From positions 7,192,001 through 7,256,000 of the forward strand of contig CATNEN010000038.1 in the NCBI GenBank assembly GCA_950097015.1: DNA of 64,000 nucleotides, given 5' to 3'. The translations under genes and the position numbers were made by a program. Numbering within the stretch: position 1 is the stretch's first letter; the number at the start of each line of letters is the position of its first letter. The stretch is from Macrostomum hystrix. Lineage: Eukaryota; Animalia; Platyhelminthes. The notes below the pieces were generated by a model. That model searched no databases. It was not told the origin of the DNA and worked only from the letters and a program-made list of their open reading frames with translations. Shown here piece by piece: positions 36,901 through 45,900 of the stretch.

Positions 36901-39900
36901 ATCCAATGTCCACATTTTATTCCCCAGCCCAGCACTGCTGAATTCCCCCAATCGCGTTCGGAGCCAATCGGGCTTGGAGGCTGCAGGGATTCCAATTTGA
37001 ACACTCGAATGAGGCCAGTCAGCCACAGGAAAGAAGGACGGACGGCTCTGTATGGGCAGAAGGAGCTGGCGCACGGCACAGGGCAAGCATTTCTTGCGCA
37101 CTTCCCTGTCCCAAGCGCCGGATCCGACCTTCCACCCTCGGAAGTTTCACCCGGCCTGCCAAGCCCTGCCTGGCAATCGGGCGCCGCGTTTAAAAATGAG
37201 AGTGAGGGCGGCGGTGGGCGAGAGTGAGGTTGACAGGCTTGGTGCAAGCATAATATGAGCCTGTGAAAAGCAAGCAATGCTCACTCCGCCCACACCTGCC
37301 AATCCCTGATCCGAGTCTCATCAGACACGAGTTTGAAACCTGCCGTATCTGCTCCTATTCTCCTCCCTCATCACCTTATCTCCCAGTCTCTCTTCCCCTG
37401 ACTCTACCCTTAATCTTCTTCTTTGTCTTAACTGAAAGGTCCGGCATTAGTTTCGGATTGTAGAACAATTGAGCCCTTCACAGTGGAATGGACCACGGAG
37501 ATATTTCGAATTTCCACTGCCTACTTTCGATAACTCTAAAAACCAAATAAAAATCCATGATTTCCGTGATATTCAGCGATTCTTGTCGAATACTCTGGTG
37601 GCAAGGATAACTAGCACTGCTGTGTATATTAAACTCTATTTCAAATCCTTTTGGGTTCAATAATATAGTACGAGGGGTGTCCAAAAAGTAGTGGGAATTT
37701 TCAACGTAGCTCATAGTTGGATTCAGATAGATTAATTTTGTTAACTTTTATTGAAAGCGGGTTTATCGATCTATGCAAAATATTTTTTTATTTTGCCAAT
37801 ATCTTCCGGGATTCAAAAGTTATGAGCCATTTAGTACAGTTCCCCAGGGTACCACTTACAGAAGATGACATTTTGAAGGCTTTCAATGAAGAAAGTTTTG
37901 CTTTGTACTTTTTCTGCATTAAGTTTACGCGATGATGCCTACAGAAATGCTTGAGCATATATGTCTATGGGCTCAACATGAGAACTATGCTCATGCAAGC
38001 ATCACCAAAGCCAGGCAATCTCAAGCTTTAGATGCAAGCCAACTCAGCCAAGCATTTGTCAACTTCCGAAGATCCGAAGATTTGTGCAAACATGTCGGAC
38101 ATCCACTGATGCTGCTGCTTTTTTTCGATTGTCACGGCCCCTTGACAATCGATTGCCTAGAGCCAAACACAACTGTCAATGCGGAGCGCTACATCTTGTC
38201 TCTGATGAAGCTCAAGACTGACATCCACAATAAACGGCGCAGTGGAATCAAGCCCTCAGTTCTCCACCACGACAATGCCCGACCGCACACGGCTTCAAAG
38301 ACAATTCAGGGCATGAAGTTTGAACTCCTGCCTCACCCACCCTACTCCCCTGACTTGGCGCCAGCAGACTTTTGTCTTTTTCCGAGACTGAAGGAGCTGC
38401 TTGGAGGCAAAGTCTACGCTTATCGTCACTGCCTTGAAGAAGAGGTTCGGCGCATCCTTGTTTGTGCGATTCCCAAGCAGCAATGCGCTCATGCAACTGA
38501 TTCGTTGCGCACTCGCTGGAAGAAGTGCATCAGCTGCAAAGGCGACTACGTGGAGAAGGTCTCCATCCCTGATGAAAAGGACATTTGAGTTGACGTTAAG
38601 ATGAACTTCAATGTGCTGTCATGTTTCGTCGTAATGACTACTTGTTAAAGTTTCTGTAAGTTGTACCCTGGGGAACTGCACTAAATTGTTCATAATATAA
38701 TACGTTGAAAATTCCCACTACTTTTTGGACACCCCTCGTAAAAAACTTTATACATAATGAAATTTTATAATCATAAAAATCATCCCTATACGCTCGCAGT
38801 GGTGGTTTTTTTACAACAGACACTCGGTCAAGAATCGTTGAATATCTCGACGATCTCGATGCTGTGTGATTCTGGAAAACTTTAGCCTGAATTCTGGTTT
38901 GCATGGCGATTGACCGAATATTTGAGTAGATACTCGAACAGAACGAAAATGAGGGTATTGGAAATGCGACTAGTCTTTGTTAAAGGACAAACCCCAACCC
39001 CATGCACAGTGAGAGTGTACACAGCCCGACGATGAGAAAGCCAGGGCAGATGTACTCATGTGAAAGTGTGTGCTCAGGCATGGACAGATTGCTCAAACCT
39101 CAGCCACAGAAACTCAGAAAAAAACGTGAATTTCCCCAATCAAGCACCAGGAAAGGCTCCTAGAAGTACAAATGACCTCATACAACTGAGGTCTTGTTTA
39201 GTTTGATTTAAGGCCTAGGTAAAAACAAAATAATATTCCTTCTCAGTCAGCTCTTGCCATTGCTAGCGCTTATCGTTCAATCGACAGAGGACAAAGGAGC
39301 GGCTAAGAGTTGGAGCATTCTTTTACAATGCGCGATTCTCCACTATTTACAATTAGTGTACTTTTCCTAAGGCGGCAGGTGCGAGTGCAGGTACAAGGGA
39401 ATGAGCCCTCGGTTAAGAGTCTCATCAAACTGACTCACCAGGAGCCCATGCAACCTGACACCAGCGATCTCCGTGCGACAGTTAAGCTTATCCAGCTCGG
39501 GTTACAGATTAATTATATAGCCAACCTAACCGGTGTTAATCATGTCTGACAGGTGCAAATAATTTTATGTCCGACAGTCGTAAATCAGCCTTTTAAATGA
39601 TGTTTCACTATTGTGATAGGACACACTCCTGTCTAACAGGTCACACTATAGTCTAACAGGTTACACTATTGTCTAACAGGTTACACTCGGATCTAACAGG
39701 TTACACTCGGATCTAACAGGTTACACTCGGATCTAACAGGTTACAGTCTTGTCTTACATGACTTACAGAGGCTTAAATGCGTCGTGTTAGACAAAAAGCA
39801 GTCTACAGTTAAGCTATTTTGTGACCCCCATTGTCAAGAGTGATGAATGCTTTCACCGAAAGAGGCAAAATGATAAAAAGCGAAATCTACCCCAACTAGG

Positions 39901-42900
39901 CCAGCCTACAACTGGGCTATTGCGTGCCGAATAAATCTGATGCCTTTATTGCCTAATCTTATCTGCTCGGGAACATTCTCCAGCCATTCTCCGAATCTTA
40001 ATCAATCATGCCAGGATTAAATTCCAGATCCCACCCGATTTAATAACTTCCCAGGGTTAATTATCCCTCCAGGCCTCCGGGGTGCTATTCTCATCCTGAG
40101 CACATCGACTCAAATCGAACCGAGATTTCAGATTAAGAATAGAAACAGTCGAAAAACTTATTTAATAACTTTTCAATTTTTCCCCAAAATTGTAACACCT
40201 GCGACAGTCACCTGCACAATCCGGTCATTCACGACCAGTCTGCCGTCCGCGTCCGCCTCGCTGCCCTCCAGGATGCTCTTGATGAAGATCCCGCTCAGCC
40301 TAGCTGGCAAAGGGGAAATCCGCTCCAACTTAAATGGCAGCGAGACTGAGCTCTTGCCTACTTGCAGTAGAAAAAATAGGTTTTTATCTCCGTTTTTTGT
40401 TCCAGGATGACAATCAGACACTAACTTACAGCCAGACACTCAATGACAGACAGACACCGAAAATGACAATTAGGCACACAAAATGACAACCAGAAGCAAA
40501 AATGACAGATAGAGAGTGAAAATGACAATCAGACACTCAAAATGACAGCCAGACACTCAATATGACAACCAGACACTCAATATGACAACCAGACACTCAA
40601 TATGACAATCAGACACTCAATATGACAATCAGACACTCAATATGACAATCAGACACTCAATATGACAATCAGACACTCAATATGACAATCAGACACTCAA
40701 TATGACAATCAGACACTCAAAATGACAGCCAGACACTCAATATGACAACCAGACACTCAATATGACACTCAATATGACAACCAGACACTCAATATGACAA
40801 CCAGACACTCAATATGACAGCCAGACACTCAAAATGACAACCAGACACTCAATATGACAACCAGACACTCAATATGACAACCAGACACTCAATATGACAG
40901 CCAGACACTCAAAATGACAACCAGACACTCAATATGACAACCAGACACTCAATATGACAACCAGACACTCAATATGACAACCAGACACTCAATAGGACAA
41001 CCAGACACTCAAAATGACAGCCAGACACTCAAAATGACAACCAGACACTCGAAAAGCAGCCACATACTCAGAATGACAGCCACACATTAAAGATCTGAGC
41101 AAGTCATAAAAATGACAGACAAGCAACCACAGGTAAGCATCATGAGTTATTTACATAAAAATTATATATTAGATGTGAAAGTGTCAAATTACCTAGCGGA
41201 CACTCTCCCACATAGCCTGCGATGGTGATGCCCAGTCCTGTGACTCCTCTGTTTAGCAGCACCGTGAAGTGCTTCTCCTCGGCGTTCTCGAAGTCTTTGT
41301 CATCGTTGCCAACGACGTCTGGCGCTACTACTTCCGCCGTCCGCTCCCACGGCTGCATCTCCGACTGGGTAACGACCAGCTCTTGCTGAAGTAATCAAAT
41401 ACGCTCGTACTTCGAGTGTGCAATGTCTCCCAGTCCAATGTCTCCCAGTCCAATGTCTCCCAGTCCAATGTCTCCCAGTCCAATGTCTCCCAGTCAAATG
41501 TCTCCCAGTCCAATGTCTCCCAGTCCAATGTCTCCCAGTCCAATGTCCAATGTCTCCCAGTCCAATGTCTCCCAGTCCAATGTCTCCCAGTTCAATGTCT
41601 CCAAGTCCAATGTCTCCCAGTCCAATGTCTCCCAGTCCAATGTCTCCCAGTCCAATGTCTCCCAGTCCAATGTCTCCCAGTCCAATGTCTCCCAGTCCAA
41701 TGTCTCCCAGTCCAATGTCTCCCAGTCCAATGTCTCCCAGTCCAATGTCTCCCAGTCCAATGTCTCCCAGTCCAATGTCTCCCAGTCCAATGTCTCCCAG
41801 TCCAATGTCTCCCAGTTCAATGTCTCCAAGTCCAATGTCTCCCAGTCCAATGTCTCCCAGTCCAATGTCTCCCAGTCCAATGTCTCCCAGTCCAATGTCT
41901 CCCAGTCCAATGTCTCCCAGTCCAATGTCTCCCAGTCCAATGTCTCCCAGTCCAATGTCTCCCAGTCCAATGTCTCCCAGTTCAATGTCTCCAAGTCCAA
42001 TGTCTCCCAGTCCAATGTCTCCCAGTCCAATGTCTCCCAGTCCAATGTCTCCCAGTCCAATGTCTCCCAGTCCAATGTCTCCCAGTCCAATGTCTCCCAG
42101 TCCAATGTCTCCCAGTCCAATGTCTCCCAGTCCAATGTCTCCCAGTTCAATGTCTCCAAGTCCAATGTCTCCCAGTCCAATGTCTCCCAGTCCAATGTCT
42201 CCCAGTCCAATGTCTCCCAGTCCAATGTCTCCCAGTCCAATGTCTCCCAGTCCAATGTCTCCCAGTCCAATGTCTCCCAGTCCAATGTCTCCCAGTCCAA
42301 TGTCTCCCAGTCCAATGTCTCCCATAGGATCATACACTCACTTGCAGATTATTTCTGCGATTCATCATCGTCGCTTCAACATGCAGGTCCGTCTCCGTCT
42401 CGTCGTCCGCGTCCTCCTGAACGCTGCCCTGCGGCTGAATGACGGCCAGCAGATCAGCGAGTTGGGCATCTAACTCGATAGTCGGAGCCAGGTGGCACAG
42501 GCGGCCCGGCTCCCGGCTGTGCGCCGCGGGGTCCCGCAGCGGCCGGGCCACCAGCAGGCGGACCTGTTCACCGCATTGGCGCAGCAGGCTGGCGACGTGC
42601 TCGCTGGCCATGCCGCGACAGCAGATGGAGCCGACGCTGACAATGTGATCGCCGGAGCGCAGTCGGCCGTCTCTGTCCGCGGCGCCGCCGGCCAAGATGG
42701 TGCGCACAACGACACCGGTACTTTTGCTGCCGACTATGCCGAAGCCTAGGCCTGCGCCGTCGCTCAACAGATCGATCACTTCCAGCTCCGTCCACTCCGT
42801 GTTCAGCTGGACAGGTTGGGTTGACTCATCGATTGATTCGATTGATTGATTGATTGACTGATTGACTGATTGATTGATTTACTGATTGATTGATTGACTG

Positions 42901-45900
42901 ATTGATTTATTGAATGATTTATTGATTCGACTGACTGATCGATTGACTGATCGATCGATTGATTGATTGACTGATTGATTGACTGATTGATTGACTGATT
43001 GATTGATTGACTGATTGATTGATTGACTGATTGATTGATTGATTGACTGATTGATTGACTGATTGATTGATTGAATGATCGAAAGATTGATTGATTGACT
43101 GATTGATTGACTGATTGATTGATTGAATGATCGAAAGATTGATTGATTGACTGATTGATTGACTGATTGATTGATTGAATGATCGAAAGATTGATTGATT
43201 GACTGATTGATTGACTGATTGATTGATTGAATGATCGAAAGACTGATTAATTGACTGATTGATTGATTGAATGATCGAAAGACTGATTAATTGACTGATT
43301 GATTGATTGAATGATCGAAAGACTGATTAATTGACTGATTGATTGATTGAATGATCGAAAGATTGATTGATTGACTGATTGTTTTATTGACTGATCGATC
43401 GATTGATTAATTGACTGATTGATTGATTGAATGATCGAAAGATTTTTTACTCGAATAAATACTCGTAGATTTACTGATTCTTTTATTGATTGATTGATTC
43501 AATGACTGATATAATTATATTAAAATTTATGCATATTATGAGTATAGTAGTGGTTAAATTTTGTATTGATTGAAATGAGTCACAATTTCACAGCTTATTG
43601 CGCGGCTTATCTATAGGCTACGTAAGGCTGTTCAGTCCATGGACTGGAGGGACACCCACACCCACCAACAATTACCCAGCTGATACTGGTACCCATTTAA
43701 CAGCTGGGTGAACTGAAGCAATGGAGAGTTAAGTGTCTTGCTGAAGTCGTACACGAATTTTACCTATGAAGTCTGGAATCGAGCCCCAGACCTTCAAATC
43801 ACCCCTTCAAACCACTACTAGGTGGTTGTGGGGCTAATCGGTGGGTAATTAAATGTCTTCAAAGGGGATTCTAATCATTCTAGTCAGATTAAAGGGCTCT
43901 AGTTTGAAGAAGCTAGTCCGAATTTGATAACATTTTGAGGCAAAGTCGCAGTCAGCGACAGAAATCGTGTCAAGAGCAGATGAAAAATTAGTCAGTTTGA
44001 GATTGTTTGAGCACAGATAATTGCCCTGCCTGAGCACAGTCGCACTGACGAAGACCCGCTGAGCCCTCGGGGGTCCCTCCGCTGCGCACTCACTCTCAAA
44101 TTGCACCTGGATAATTGTGTGAATGGCTGGTTGCAACTCCAAACCCCACAGGGACAATTAGCGTCTGTTATCTTTGAGACTGTGAAATCCGCTGACAATG
44201 CACTCTTGCAATGTGCTCCCCAGCTCGCATGTTAATTAGAAGCGGCGGTGAGATCTTTCAGGGACTTGGATCGGCCGAGAGGATTAAAAGGCTTTGCCGG
44301 GGTTGGTCAAATGGAAAGTGAAAGCCAGCTTAAATGTACCCAACAGACATTCGTAAAATTTTGTTGCATTCGCGTCACTCCCTCGGGAGTGATAACAGTC
44401 CTAGCGTTGTCATTTCTGCAAATGCACTTTTACATTAGTTCCAACGGTCTGTCTTCTTGACGGAACATGCACGGCATGCTAGACTAATCTGACCAGCCCT
44501 GTACCTGTGGCTGAGAAGTATTGCATTCGACTGTCAAAGCAGCATTCTGTTGAATTCGTTAATCTTTTTCTAGTATATGAAAATAATGCACTTGTAATAA
44601 CGAATCAATTTAACAACTGAGAGGCAGATGTACACACCTGTGTGCGAGTGTGCGCTCAGGTGTCAGTTGAAGGAGTGGAATGGCCTCCTCGCTGGAGGGT
44701 CGACTGTCACCAAATGATGCACCGGGAGCCCGAGTCCCAAGCAAACATGGTTATTTATCTATCTACCTGCCATAGCCTACTGGAGCCTGCATTCACCTGC
44801 CGGGGTTAAGTTTTCGTAAATAAAAACGTCTAAAACAAGCACAGACACACGGCAGGTCGCATGCCTGACTGCAATACGAGACGCACTGGCCTGCTGTTCT
44901 GGGATATGGGATATGGGAATGATCAGAGAGGCAGGGAGGTAGGGAGGAGGGGAGGCAGAGAGGAACAGAACAGGGCCTGACAGCTCGACAGTCAGCCGGC
45001 CTCAAAGCTTTCACTTGCTCATGGCAACAACTGCTTGGCTTGGATTCCTGAGCACTCGAAGCAGCTCCTTGAAGCTTTTAATTACAACAATCTGGTGTAC
45101 AGGCAGTCCGGTCAGAAATGTCTGCTCCTGCTCTAAAAAATCTGAGCACACCTTACTCTTATAAGTGCAGACTTCATCTCTTTAGTTAAGTCTAGGTAGC
45201 TATTTTCATGCGCGCTTCAAAATTTCCTTAATCACGTGCAACATTTTCAATAGCATAGTTTTTCCACAGCTTTTCATTCTCTTTAGTCGGCAAATTTAAG
45301 CCTCTGTTGAAAATCTGAACTTTTTGTTGCATGGCCTGGTCTTTGGACTTCCCTCCTAGCAGCATCTTCAGCGAGTTGTCGTGCAAACTTTGTGCGTCAG
45401 ATTTCTCCCAAATCCGAAGGGAACCGAATTTTGGACAGCAATATTTCGAACGCAAGACCTCGTTCTAGCCTATAATTGAGCTGTGCACTTTTAACCCTAG
45501 AAGAGACACCACGTTGCTTTTGCTCCCAGGAAAGACCACGGGCTATTTCAAATACCCGCTGCCTAACTTCACGATGGCTCCCAAACCGAATGACCGATTT
45601 TCGTGAAATTCCACCATATGGGTCAACATTTTGCGCCTTTACAATGACCTTACTTTCTAAGCCGTCCGACGTCAGCATCGTCGAGATTCTGGTCGAAGAC
45701 CCTGGTGAAAAGTACAGCTAAAGCTCTTCAATATAAGACTCTATGATGAATCGATTGCTTCAAAAAACTAAGTAATCCCAAAAAGAAAAAATCGAAAATC
45801 AATTCGTATCGATTTTTCTCACCGTCACAATTAGGGACGGTTTTAGGGTTCCGGATTTCAAAGTTATTTTTAAGCTTAAGCAAATCAGAGTCGGCATTTA

